A stretch of DNA of 62,047 nucleotides, filler included, from Actinomycetales bacterium (GTDB lineage: Bacteria; Actinomycetota; Actinomycetes; Actinomycetales; CAVURS01), in assembly GCA_045807245.1 (NCBI GenBank). It is 3 parts of 3 records of this genome, joined end to end, with 100 filler letters (N's around TTAATTAATTAA, not from the genome) between each part and the next. Parts side by side here need not be neighbours in the genome. Positions count along the whole stretch, not along the records: positions 22,882 to 37,114 come from JBJMHS010000043.1; 2 more parts are not named here. The stretch is one strand, 5' to 3'. Under the pieces are notes generated by a model. That model was not told the origin of the DNA, made no database searches, and saw only the letters and a program-made list of their open reading frames with translations. Both the position numbers and the translations under genes were made by a program. Shown piece by piece: positions 22,882-31,951 of this stretch. Every line of letters begins with the position of its first letter. The first letter of the stretch is position 1.

Positions 22882-24204
22882 CACCAGCGGTGGCAGGAAG
22901 CGCAGCACGTTGCCGTAGGTGCCGCACGTCAACGTCAGCACCCCGCGCTGGTGGCAGGCCGAGGAGATCCGGCCGGCCTCACCAGCATCCGGCGTCCGCG
23001 TGCCGGGCTGCACGATCTCGATCGCGAGCATCGCGCCCCGGCCGCGCACGTCACCGATCTGGGCGAACTGTTCGGCCAGCTCGGTGAGCCGCGGGATCAT
23101 GATCGACTCGATGTTCTTCGCACGACCCGGCAGGTCGTCGGTCGTCATGACGTCGATCGAGGCAAGGGCAGCGGCACACGCGACCGGGTTGCCGCCGTAC
23201 GTGCCACCGAGGCCGCCGGCGTGGACCGCGTCCATCATCTCGGCCCGTCCGGTCAGCGCCGCGAGCGGCAGCCCGCCCGCGATGCCCTTCGCCGTCGTGA
23301 TCAGGTCCGGCACGACACCCTCGTGCTCGCACGCGAACATCGCGCCGGTCCGGCCGAACCCGGTCTGGATCTCGTCGGCCACGAACACCACACCGTTGGC
23401 CCGACACCACTCGGACAGCGCGGTGAGGAACCCGGGAGCCGGAACGACGAACCCGCCCTCGCCCTGGATGGGCTCGATCACCACGCAGGCGACGGCGTCC
23501 GCGCCCACCTGCTTCTCGATGACGTCGATCGCCCGGGCGGCGGCCGCCGACCCGGAGATGACGGCCGGCTCACGGAACGGGTACGAGAGCGGTGCCCGGT
23601 AGACCTCGCCCGCGAACGGCCCGAACCCGTGCTTGTACGGCATCGACTTCGCCGTCATGGCCATCGTCAGGTTGGTGCGTCCGTGGTACGCGTGGTCGAA
23701 CACGACGACGGCGTCGCGACCGGTCGCGAGCCGGGCCACCTTCACGGCGTTCTCCACGGCCTCCGCACCGGAGTTGAACAGCGCGGACCGCTTCTCGTGG
23801 CCGCCCGGGGTCATCCGGTTGAGCGCCTCGCACACCGCGACGTACCCGTCGTAGGGCGTGACCATGAAACAGGTGTGCGTGAACGCGGCGACCTGCTCCT
23901 GGACGGCGGCGGCGACCCTCGGGTTCGCGTTGCCGGCGTTGACGACGGCGATGCCGGCGCCGAGGTCGATCAACGAGTTCCCGTCGACATCGACCAGCAC
24001 CCCGCCGCCCGCCTTCTCGATGTAGACCGGCAGTGTGCTGCCGACGCCCTTGGCCACCGCCGCGACCCGACGCTCGTGGATCGCCAACGAGCGCGGCCCC
24101 GGGATCTCGGTGACCAGCCGCCGCTCCTGAGGCAGGTCCGGACCGCCGATTCGGTCGGACAGCTGAGCGGGCTGGACAGGGGAGGCTGGCGTGGTCTCGG
24201 TCAT
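22882..24204 (-). CDS. gabT: 4-aminobutyrate aminotransferase (partial at 3' end)
   Basis: Class III PLP enzyme: FNSGAEAVENAVK, YHGRT, EPIQGEGG, DEIQTGFGRTG, TTAKGIAGG. Confidence 0.92.
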
Positions 24205-24348
24205 GTGTTCACGGTACTGTCTAACCGTCGGCCCGACGAGCCCCGTCCTGGCGATCTCACCACTCAACAAGGCGCGTTCGTACGGATGTCGTCGTCGAAG
24301 GCTGCTGCAACAAGCGATATCGGCATCTTCGTTCCAGGAGGAATCCTT

Positions 24349-25827
24349 GTGACTGCCGCCTCTGTGCTGACCGATCACGAAGCTGATCTCGTCGCGCGCG
24401 TTCCGACCGGCCTGCTCGTCGGCGGCCAATGGCGCCCGGGATCGGCCGGGTCCACGCTCCCCGTCGACGACCCGTCCACCGGCGAGGTCATCGCCGAGGT
24501 CGCCGACGCCACGGTGGCCGACGGCAAGGCGGCCCTCGACTCAGCGGTCGCTCACCAGGAAGCCTGGGCCGCCGTCCCTCCCCGCGAGCGCGGGGAGATC
24601 CTCCGGCGCGCCTTCGAGCTGATCACCGCGCGCTCGGAGGACCTGGCCACGGTGATGACCCTGGAGATGGGCAAGCCGTTGGCCGAGTCCCGCGCCGAGA
24701 TCGCGTACGGCGCCGAGTTCTTCCGCTGGTTCTCCGAGGAGTCCGTCCGGATCGGCGGTCGCTTCCAGACCTCGCCGGACGGCAAGACGCGCCTGGTGAC
24801 CATGAAGTCGCCGGTCGGGCCGTGCCTGATGATCACGCCCTGGAACTTCCCCCTCGCCATGGGGACCCGCAAGATCGGTCCCGCGGTCGCCGCCGGATGC
24901 ACGATGGTGGTCAAGCCGGCCAGCCAGACGCCGCTCACGATGCTCTCGCTAGCGGCGATCCTGGGTGAGGCCGGTCTGCCGGACGGCGTGCTGAACGTCA
25001 TCACGACCAAGCACACCGGCGACGTCATGGAGCCACTCATCCGCGACTCACGGCTGCGCAAGCTGACCTTCACCGGGTCGACGGAGGTCGGCCGGCGCCT
25101 GGTCGAGCAGTCCGCCGAGCAGCTGTTGCGCGTGTCCATGGAGCTCGGTGGCAATGCGCCCTTCCTGGTGTTCTCCGACGCCGACCTGGACGCCGCCGTT
25201 GACGGCGCGATGCTGGCGAAGATGCGCAACGTCGGCGAGGCCTGCACGGCGGCCAACCGCTTCCTGGTCCACGAGTCGGTCGCCGGCGAGTTCGCCGAGC
25301 GTCTGGCCGGGCGCATGTCGCAGATGAAGGTCGGCCGCGGCACCGAGGACGGCGTCCAGGTCGGGCCGCTCGTCGACGAGAAGAGCCGGGACAAGGTCTC
25401 CGAGCTGGTCCAGGACGCCATCGACTCGGGCGGGCGGGTGGCCACGGGCGGCAAGGCGATCGGTGACCGCGGCTGGTTCTACGCACCCACGGTGCTGACC
25501 GACGTACCGCCGACGGCCCGAGTCTTCGGTGAGGAGATCTTCGGACCGGTCGCTCCGGTGACCACATTCTCCTCCGACGACGAGGCGCTGCTGCTGGCCA
25601 ACGACACCGAGTACGGCCTGGTCGCGTACGCCTTCACCACTGACCTGTCCCGCGCCCTGAAGGTCGCCGAGGGGCTGGACACCGGCATGGTCGGCATCAA
25701 CCAAGGCATCGTGTCCAACCCGGCCGCACCCTTCGGTGGCGTCAAGGCGTCCGGCTTCGGTCGTGAGGGCGGCGCCGAGGGCATCGAGGAGTACCTCGAG
25801 ACCAAGTACGTCGGCATCAAGCCGTGA
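24349..25827 (+). CDS. gabD: NAD(P)-dependent succinate-semialdehyde dehydrogenase
   Basis: AGGAGG RBS; ITPWNFP, FTGSTEVG, MELGGNAPF, RNVGEACTAAN, EEIFGPV; divergent from gabT. Confidence 0.9.
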   Translation: MTAASVLTDHEADLVARVPTGLLVGGQWRPGSAGSTLPVDDPSTGEVIAEVADATVADGKAALDSAVAHQEAWAAVPPRERGEILRRAFELITARSEDLATVMTLEMGKPLAESRAEIAYGAEFFRWFSEESVRIGGRFQTSPDGKTRLVTMKSPVGPCLMITPWNFPLAMGTRKIGPAVAAGCTMVVKPASQTPLTMLSLAAILGEAGLPDGVLNVITTKHTGDVMEPLIRDSRLRKLTFTGSTEVGRRLVEQSAEQLLRVSMELGGNAPFLVFSDADLDAAVDGAMLAKMRNVGEACTAANRFLVHESVAGEFAERLAGRMSQMKVGRGTEDGVQVGPLVDEKSRDKVSELVQDAIDSGGRVATGGKAIGDRGWFYAPTVLTDVPPTARVFGEEIFGPVAPVTTFSSDDEALLLANDTEYGLVAYAFTTDLSRALKVAEGLDTGMVGINQGIVSNPAAPFGGVKASGFGREGGAEGIEEYLETKYVGIKP

Positions 25828-26028
25828 CCGGCCGGTGACGGCCTGCGGGCCGTTACCCGGACGGTGTAGTCATCCGCCTGGTCCCTGCCCGCTCTCGTCC
25901 CGATTTGCCGGTCTCGCGTCGGCGGCCTTTGGTGTAGAGGTGACGCAAGAAGCGAACAAGTGACGCTGTGTCTGCCGTTAATTGCTCCTAGCGACCGGTC
26001 GCGTGATCGGTGCTAGGGAGGGATTGCG

Positions 26029-26133
26029 ATGAAGAAGTCGTCCACTGTCGCCACTGTGGTGCGATGGTCGGCCAGCGTTGCCCCTGTCGTCGCCCTCGTA
26101 TCGGTGCTCGGCGCCGGTTCGAAGTGGTGGTGA
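26029..26133 (+). CDS. Micro-peptide A1 (34 aa) MKKSSTVATVVRWSASVAPVVALVSVLGAGSKWW
   Basis: GGGAGG RBS; basic N-terminus plus hydrophobic core; 20/34 identical, ungapped, to the copy at 26472 with synonymous codon differences. Confidence 0.8.
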   Translation: MKKSSTVATVVRWSASVAPVVALVSVLGAGSKWW

Positions 26134-26138
26134 GCGGC

Positions 26139-26189
26139 ATGCAGGCTGACACCAAGAGCCAGGCAACGCCCGGCTACAAGTGGGTCTGA
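26139..26189 (+). CDS. Micro-peptide B1 (16 aa) MQADTKSQATPGYKWV
   Basis: ATG 5 nt after the A1 stop (alternative in-frame GTG 26130 overlaps the stop); C-terminus TPGYKWV-stop shared with B2. Confidence 0.55.
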   Translation: MQADTKSQATPGYKWV

Positions 26190-26214
26190 ACCGAACCTCG
26201 GATCTACCCAGCTC

Positions 26215-26261
26215 ATCGGCTCTTCCCCGTCCGGATGCCGCCCGGGCAGGGGAGAGCCGAT
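26215..26261 (+). terminator. Long stem-loop after first peptide cassette
   Basis: ATCGGCTCT-CCCC...GGGG-AGAGCCGAT with inner GTCCGG/CCGGGC stem. Confidence 0.5.
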
Positions 26262-26471
26262 TCGTGCACGCGGCCCGTGCGGCGGTCGGGTTGCGGTCAG
26301 GGTCTAGCCCACCCGGGTGTGTTTGCGACCGCAAATGACTACGCCGGACTAGACCGCGGGAGTGATGTTCGGACGGATGTCCAGCATCCCGATGCGCCGT
26401 CACCCTGAGTTGCGCTGTCATTGCTCTCAGCACACCAGACTCCTACTGGTGGGTCCGGGAGGGGAACGTCC

Positions 26472-26576
26472 GTGAACACTGCCAAGTCGGTGGCCCTGGC
26501 CACCCAATGGTCCGCCCGCGTTGCGCCTCTCATCGCGCTGGCCGCCGTGCTCGGCGCCGGATCGAAGTGGTGGTGA
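26472..26576 (+). CDS. Micro-peptide A2 (34 aa) MNTAKSVALATQWSARVAPLIALAAVLGAGSKWW
   Basis: GGGAGG RBS, GTG start; same length and identical VLGAGSKWW end as A1. Confidence 0.8.
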   Translation: MNTAKSVALATQWSARVAPLIALAAVLGAGSKWW

Positions 26577-26581
26577 GCCGC

Positions 26582-26653
26582 ATGCTCAGCCTGCTCACCG
26601 ACAACGGCCAGCGTGACGCGCAGCTGCGCACGCCCGGCTACAAGTGGGTCTGA
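26582..26653 (+). CDS. Micro-peptide B2 (23 aa) MLSLLTDNGQRDAQLRTPGYKWV
   Basis: ATG 5 nt after the A2 stop, same spacing as copy 1; differs from B1 in length by exactly 7 codons, keeping frame. Confidence 0.55.
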   Translation: MLSLLTDNGQRDAQLRTPGYKWV

Positions 26654-26685
26654 ACCCCGGGCATCCCGGGCCCAGCGCCCGCAGG

Positions 26686-28794
26686 GTGCTGGCCGTTCCC
26701 TCCAAGCTCAGCCTGTACGTCGCGGCGGTCGGGGGCGCCGGCCTGGTCATCGCCATCCTCGCGCTGCACGGCCTGGATGTCCGCGCGTTCCTGTCGGGCG
26801 TCCCCATGCAGGGATGGTTCCTCGTCATCGGGCTGATCCTCGGCGAGCTGGCACCGATCCCGGTCGCGCGCGGCGACGACGAGGCCTCGAACGTCACGAT
26901 GTCCACGACCTTCGCCGTGGCCCTGGTGGCCACCGGCCCGTTCGACCTCCTGCTCGGTGCGCACACTGCCGCGGTCCTGATGGACGACCTGCGCACCAAG
27001 CGCAGCCCGATCAAGATGATCTTCAACTTCGGCCAGTACGCCCTGTCGCTCGCCGCCGCGCGGCTCGTGTTCGCCGCCTTGATCGGCCAGCCGTTCCTCG
27101 CGCCGTACACGCCGTTCCAGGCCGGCGCGCTGGTGCCGACGCTGCTGGCCGGCCTGATCTTCCTGGTCGTGAACAACGGCCTGGTGGCCATCGTCGTGGC
27201 CCTGGCCAGTGGACAGCCCGTCATGGAGATGCTCCGCGACGACCTGGCGTTCAAGATGGAGACCTCCGCGGTCCTCGTCGGGCTCTCCGGCGTCGCGGCC
27301 GTCCTGGCCCAGACGAGCGGCTGGATGTTGCCGCTGCTCGCGATGCCCGTGCTGGCGGTACGGCGCTCGGCAGTGCTCGCCGCCGCGCGCCAGACGCAGG
27401 CCATGCGCGACGCGCTGACCGGCCTCGGCAACCGCAACCTGTTCTTCGGCCGGACCGAACGGATGCTGGCCCGGTTCGAGCGCAAGGACAGTGAGTCCGT
27501 GGCCGTCCTGATGATCGACCTGGACCACTTCAAGGACATCAACGACACCCTGGGCCACCAGGTCGGTGACCGGGTCATCCAAGCCGTCGCCGGTCGGATC
27601 GGTCACCTCGGTGGTGAGCTCGGCTGCGTGGCTCGCCTCGGTGGCGACGAGTTCGCCGTCGCCCTGTCCGGCGTCGACGCCTCCCGTGCCGGTGAGATCG
27701 CCGAGACGCTGCTGTCGGACGTCGTCCGGCCGCTGCAGATCGGCGGCACCCGGATGGCGATCCAGGCGAGCGTCGGCATCGCGATGGCCGAGAAGGGTCT
27801 CGACGTCAACACCCTCATGCAGCGCGCCGACATCGCGCTCTACGAGGCGAAACAGGACCGGGCCCGCTGGTGCCTGTACGACCACAGCACCACGCCGGTC
27901 ACACCCGAGCTCGGGCTGCTCGCGGACCTGCGTGAGGCGCTCGAGCGCGGGCAGCTCTCCGTCGCGTTCCAGCCACAGGTCGGCCTCATGGACGGCCGGG
28001 TCACCGGTGCCGAGGCGCTGGCCCGGTGGAAGCACCCCGAGCGCGGCTACATCCCGCCGTCCGACTTCATCGGCCTGGCCGAGAACACCGGCCTGATCGG
28101 CCAGGTCACCGACGCGGTGCTCGAGCAGACCCTCAGCGCGCTCTCCGAGTGGAACCGGCTCGGTCTGAGCTGCCCCGTCTCGGTCAACCTCTCGGCCCGC
28201 CAGCTGGCCGACCTGAGCCTGCCCGAGCGGGTCAGCGCCGCCCTGCGGCGGCACGGCATCCCGGCCGGCCTGCTCACCGTCGAGGTGACCGAGAGCATGA
28301 TCCTCGGCGATCCGCGGCGCGCCGGCCAGATCCTGCACGAGCTGCGCCAGGAGGGGGTCCGGATCGCCGTCGACGACTTCGGCACCGGCTACTCCTCCCT
28401 GGCCTACCTGCAGCGCCTCGACCTCGACGAGCTGAAGGTCGACCGCAGCTTCGTCCAGTCCATGTGCTTGGTCGCCCGGGACGACGTGCTGGTCCGGTCC
28501 ATCATCGAGCTGGCCCACAACCTCGGCCTGTCGGTGGTCGCCGAGGGGGTCGAGGCCTCGATCCAGGTCGACCGCCTGCGCGAGCTGTCCTGTGACGCCG
28601 CCCAGGGCTACTACCTGGGCCGGCCGATGGACCGCGACCTGATGACCGGGTGGTTGCAGCGCGACGCGCTCCTCGGCTCGACGCCACAGAGTGCGGCCGA
28701 GGTGCCGGGGTTCTCCACGTCGCGCTTCGGGGGCCCGTCCGCCGAGGGCCGTCCGTACCTGCGGGCCGTCGGCATGTCCGGGACGGACCGCTGA
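26686..28794 (+). CDS. Membrane-anchored GGDEF-EAL diguanylate cyclase/phosphodiesterase
   Basis: About 230-aa multi-TM N-terminus; DALTGLGNR, IDLDHFKDINDTLGHQVGD, RLGGDEF; GAEALARW, DDFGTGYSSL, LKVDRSFV, AEGVE, QGY; start 26686 or 26644. Confidence 0.93.
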   Translation: MLAVPSKLSLYVAAVGGAGLVIAILALHGLDVRAFLSGVPMQGWFLVIGLILGELAPIPVARGDDEASNVTMSTTFAVALVATGPFDLLLGAHTAAVLMDDLRTKRSPIKMIFNFGQYALSLAAARLVFAALIGQPFLAPYTPFQAGALVPTLLAGLIFLVVNNGLVAIVVALASGQPVMEMLRDDLAFKMETSAVLVGLSGVAAVLAQTSGWMLPLLAMPVLAVRRSAVLAAARQTQAMRDALTGLGNRNLFFGRTERMLARFERKDSESVAVLMIDLDHFKDINDTLGHQVGDRVIQAVAGRIGHLGGELGCVARLGGDEFAVALSGVDASRAGEIAETLLSDVVRPLQIGGTRMAIQASVGIAMAEKGLDVNTLMQRADIALYEAKQDRARWCLYDHSTTPVTPELGLLADLREALERGQLSVAFQPQVGLMDGRVTGAEALARWKHPERGYIPPSDFIGLAENTGLIGQVTDAVLEQTLSALSEWNRLGLSCPVSVNLSARQLADLSLPERVSAALRRHGIPAGLLTVEVTESMILGDPRRAGQILHELRQEGVRIAVDDFGTGYSSLAYLQRLDLDELKVDRSFVQSMCLVARDDVLVRSIIELAHNLGLSVVAEGVEASIQVDRLRELSCDAAQGYYLGRPMDRDLMTGWLQRDALLGSTPQSAAEVPGFSTSRFGGPSAEGRPYLRAVGMSGTDR

Positions 28795-28795
28795 C

Positions 28796-29383
28796 GTGCT
28801 CATCGCCGCCCTGGTCCTCGTCGCGATCCTGACCGCGCCGCTCACCGGCGGCCGGTGGTCCGACCTGGCGGCCTTCCGGCCGAAGGCGGCCTGGCTGCTC
28901 TGGGTCGCGCTCGGCGTCCAGGTGGTGCAGTTCAGCTTCCTGGACCTGGGGCCCGCGAGCGATGCGGTCCACCTCGGCACCTACGCGCTGGCCGCGCTGT
29001 TCCTCGTCGCGAACTGGCGCGTGCCGGGTGCCTGGCTGGTCGCCTTCGGCGGCGCGTGCAACGGCGTGACCATCGCGCTCAACGGCGGCACGCTGCCCGC
29101 TCGCCTGGCCGCCCTGCGGGCAGCCGGCCTGCCGGTCGACCGTGACCGCTTCGTCAACTCCGGGGTCATGGACCACGCCAAGCTGTGGTGGCTGGGCGAC
29201 GTGTTCTACGTCCCCAAGGGCTTCCCGCTGGCCAACGTGTTCAGCGTGGGTGACGTCCTGCTCGTGCTCGGGGCGTTCGTCGTCGTCCACACACTGGCCC
29301 GGCGGCAGCCGGAAGCAAGGCCCGAGACGGCGCGCGGTGCCGATGCGTCAGAATCGGCGGGTGCCGAGCCCGCAGCCGCCTGA
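28796..29383 (+). CDS. DUF5317-like membrane protein
   Basis: [37 protein letters not shown] pattern; starts 1 nt after the GGDEF-EAL stop. Confidence 0.78.
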   Translation: MLIAALVLVAILTAPLTGGRWSDLAAFRPKAAWLLWVALGVQVVQFSFLDLGPASDAVHLGTYALAALFLVANWRVPGAWLVAFGGACNGVTIALNGGTLPARLAALRAAGLPVDRDRFVNSGVMDHAKLWWLGDVFYVPKGFPLANVFSVGDVLLVLGAFVVVHTLARRQPEARPETARGADASESAGAEPAAA

Positions 29384-30557
29384 GCGCCGTCGAGTCGTCC
29401 TGCTCGGCTCCACCGGCTCGGTCGGCCGGCAGGCGGTCGACGTCGTGCTGGCAGCCCCAGAACGGTTCGAGGTCGTCGCGCTTGCCGCCGGTGGCTCGGA
29501 TCCGAAAGCCCTTGCCGCACAAGCGGTTCGGCTCGGCGTACCGGTGGTCGGCATCGCGCGTGAGGACGCCGACGCTCCGTTGCGGGAGGCGCTCCGGGAG
29601 GCCGGCGCGACGACGATGCCCCAGATCGTGGCCGGCCCGGACGCGGCGTCGGACCTGGCCCGGACGGACTGCGACGTCGTCCTCAATGGCATCACCGGCT
29701 CGATCGGCCTGGCCGCAACGCTCGCCGCGCTCGAGTCCGGCCGCCTGCTCGCGCTGGCCAACAAGGAGTCGCTCATCGTCGGCGGCCCGCTCGTCACAGC
29801 GGCCGCCGCCCCGGGCCAGATCGTGCCGGTCGACTCCGAGCACTCCGCCCTGGCGCAGTGCCTGCGCGGTGGGGGAGCGGACGAGGTACGGCGGCTGGTC
29901 CTGACCGCGAGCGGCGGCCCGTTCCGCGGCCGGTCCCGCGCGTCACTGGCCGACGTGACGCCCCAGGAGGCGCTGGCCCACCCGACCTGGGACATGGGGC
30001 GGGTCATCACGACGAACTCGGCGACCCTGGTCAACAAGGGCCTGGAGCTGATCGAAGCGCACCTGCTGTTCGGCATCCCGTTCGACCGGATCAGCGTCGT
30101 CGTCCACCCCCAGTCGGTCGTCCACTCGATGGTGGAGTTCGTCGACGGGTCCACCCTCGCGCAGTGCTCGCCGCCCGACATGAGGCTGCCGATCTCGCTG
30201 GCCCTCGGCTGGCCGGAGCGGGTGGCCGGCGCGGCTGCGGCCTGTGACTGGTCGAGCGCCGCCACGTGGCAGTTCGAGCCCCTTGACGACGCGACCTTCC
30301 CCGCCGTACGGCTTGCCCGCGACGTGGGGACGGCCGGGCGGACCTATCCCGCGGTGTACAACGCGGCCAACGAGGAGTGCGTGGAGGCCTTCCACGACGG
30401 CCGGCTGCCCTTCCTGGGCATCGTGGACACCGTGGCCGAGGTGGTGGCCGCGCACCAGGCCCCGAGCGGGGAGCTCACGCTCGACGATGTGCTAGCGGCG
30501 GAGCTGTGGGCCCGGCACCAGGTCGCCACCCGGATGGGTGGCCGCACGACCTCATGA
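29361..30557 (+). CDS. dxr: 1-deoxy-D-xylulose 5-phosphate reductoisomerase
   Basis: [42 protein letters not shown]; start 29343 or 29361. Confidence 0.95.
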   Translation: MPSPQPPERRRVVLLGSTGSVGRQAVDVVLAAPERFEVVALAAGGSDPKALAAQAVRLGVPVVGIAREDADAPLREALREAGATTMPQIVAGPDAASDLARTDCDVVLNGITGSIGLAATLAALESGRLLALANKESLIVGGPLVTAAAAPGQIVPVDSEHSALAQCLRGGGADEVRRLVLTASGGPFRGRSRASLADVTPQEALAHPTWDMGRVITTNSATLVNKGLELIEAHLLFGIPFDRISVVVHPQSVVHSMVEFVDGSTLAQCSPPDMRLPISLALGWPERVAGAAAACDWSSAATWQFEPLDDATFPAVRLARDVGTAGRTYPAVYNAANEECVEAFHDGRLPFLGIVDTVAEVVAAHQAPSGELTLDDVLAAELWARHQVATRMGGRTTS

Positions 30558-30576
30558 CTCGTGTGACCATGGACCG

Positions 30577-31920
30577 GTGACCGTTCTGCTCTACATCCTC
30601 GGTGTCCTGGCGTTCGCCGTCGGCATCGGCGTCTCGATCGGGCTGCACGAGGTCGGTCACCTCGCCCCCGCCAAGCGGTTCGGCGTCCGGGTGACCCAGT
30701 ACATGATCGGCTTCGGGCCGACCCTGTGGTCGCGGCAGCGCGGTGAGACCGAGTACGGCGTGAAGGCCATCCCGCTCGGGGGCTACATCCGGATGATCGG
30801 CATGTTCCCGCCCAAGCGTGGCGAGGACCCGCGGTTCGTCCGCCGCTCGTCGACCGGCCGCCTGTCGGTGCTGGCCGACCAGGCGCGGGCCCAGTCGATG
30901 GAGGAGCTGCGCCCGGGTGACGAGACGCGCGTCTTCTACCGCCTCTCGGTGCCCAAGAAGGTCGTCATCATGATGGGCGGCCCGACCATGAACCTGGTCA
31001 TCGCCGCCGTGCTGCTCACCATCACGACGTCGGTGCTCGGGATGCCTGCGGCGACGACGAAGCTCGGCGTGGTCAGCGACTGCGTCGTGCCGGCATCGGC
31101 GAGCGACCAGACCACGTGTGCCCCGAGCGACCCGAAGGCGCCCGCCTCCGCGGCCGGGCTGAAGGCCGGTGACCGGATCGTGTCGTACGCCGGCCGGCCC
31201 ATCTCGTCCTGGGACACCTTGCACGACCAGATCCGGCTCAGTGACGGCACCGCCGTACCCGTGGTCGTCGAGCGCGGCGGCCAGCGGCTGAACGTGTCGA
31301 TCACCCCGATCGTCACCGACCGCCCGGTGTACGACGAGCAGGGCCGGGAGGAGCGAACCGCGAGCGGAGCGGTCCGCACCGAGCGGATCGGCTTCCTCGG
31401 GGTGTCCCCGACGCAGGAGCTGCAGCGCGAGTCGGTGACCGCGGTCCCCGGTGTGATCTGGCAGGGCCTCAGCGGCACCGCCGGCGTCGTGCTGCGCATC
31501 CCGGAGAAGATGGTGGGTGTCGCGCAGGCGGCATTCGGCTCCGGCGAGCGGGACCCCAACGGGCCGGTCAGCATCGTCGGCGTCGGCCGGATCACCGGAG
31601 CGGCCACCAGCGACGCGCCCGACAGCGGCTACGGCCTGCGCGGCTGGCTGGTCTTCTTCCTCGGCGTCATCGCCGCGCTGAACATCGCCCTGTTCATCTT
31701 CAACATGATCCCGTTGCTGCCGCTGGACGGGGGACACGTCGCGGGCGCGCTCTGGGAGGGCGCGCGCCGTACCGTCGCCCGGCTGCGGCATCGCGCGGAC
31801 CCGGGCCCGACGGACGTCGCTCGGCTGCTGCCCATCGCGTACGCCGCAAGCGCACTGCTGATCGCGATGTCGGTCCTGCTCATCTACGCGGACATCGTCA
31901 ACCCGATCAACCTCGGCTGA
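30577..31920 (+). CDS. rip1: M50-family site-2 metalloprotease with PDZ domain (Rip1/RseP)
   Basis: [24 protein letters not shown]; dxr-rip-ispG synteny. Confidence 0.9.
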   Translation: MTVLLYILGVLAFAVGIGVSIGLHEVGHLAPAKRFGVRVTQYMIGFGPTLWSRQRGETEYGVKAIPLGGYIRMIGMFPPKRGEDPRFVRRSSTGRLSVLADQARAQSMEELRPGDETRVFYRLSVPKKVVIMMGGPTMNLVIAAVLLTITTSVLGMPAATTKLGVVSDCVVPASASDQTTCAPSDPKAPASAAGLKAGDRIVSYAGRPISSWDTLHDQIRLSDGTAVPVVVERGGQRLNVSITPIVTDRPVYDEQGREERTASGAVRTERIGFLGVSPTQELQRESVTAVPGVIWQGLSGTAGVVLRIPEKMVGVAQAAFGSGERDPNGPVSIVGVGRITGAATSDAPDSGYGLRGWLVFFLGVIAALNIALFIFNMIPLLPLDGGHVAGALWEGARRTVARLRHRADPGPTDVARLLPIAYAASALLIAMSVLLIYADIVNPINLG

Positions 31921-31951
31921 GCACGTCTGTCCCGAGGCGGATACTGAACCC

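Noticed and set aside
26013..26533. Minus-strand ORFs 25978-26433, 26013-26216 and 26339-26533
   Set aside because: No recognisable motifs; they are shadows of the plus-strand peptide cassettes, which have RBSs and paralogous support
26029..26653. RiPP (lanthipeptide, lasso or radical-SAM KxxxW) precursors
   Set aside because: No Cys, no modifying enzymes or dedicated transporter nearby; neighbours are signalling proteins
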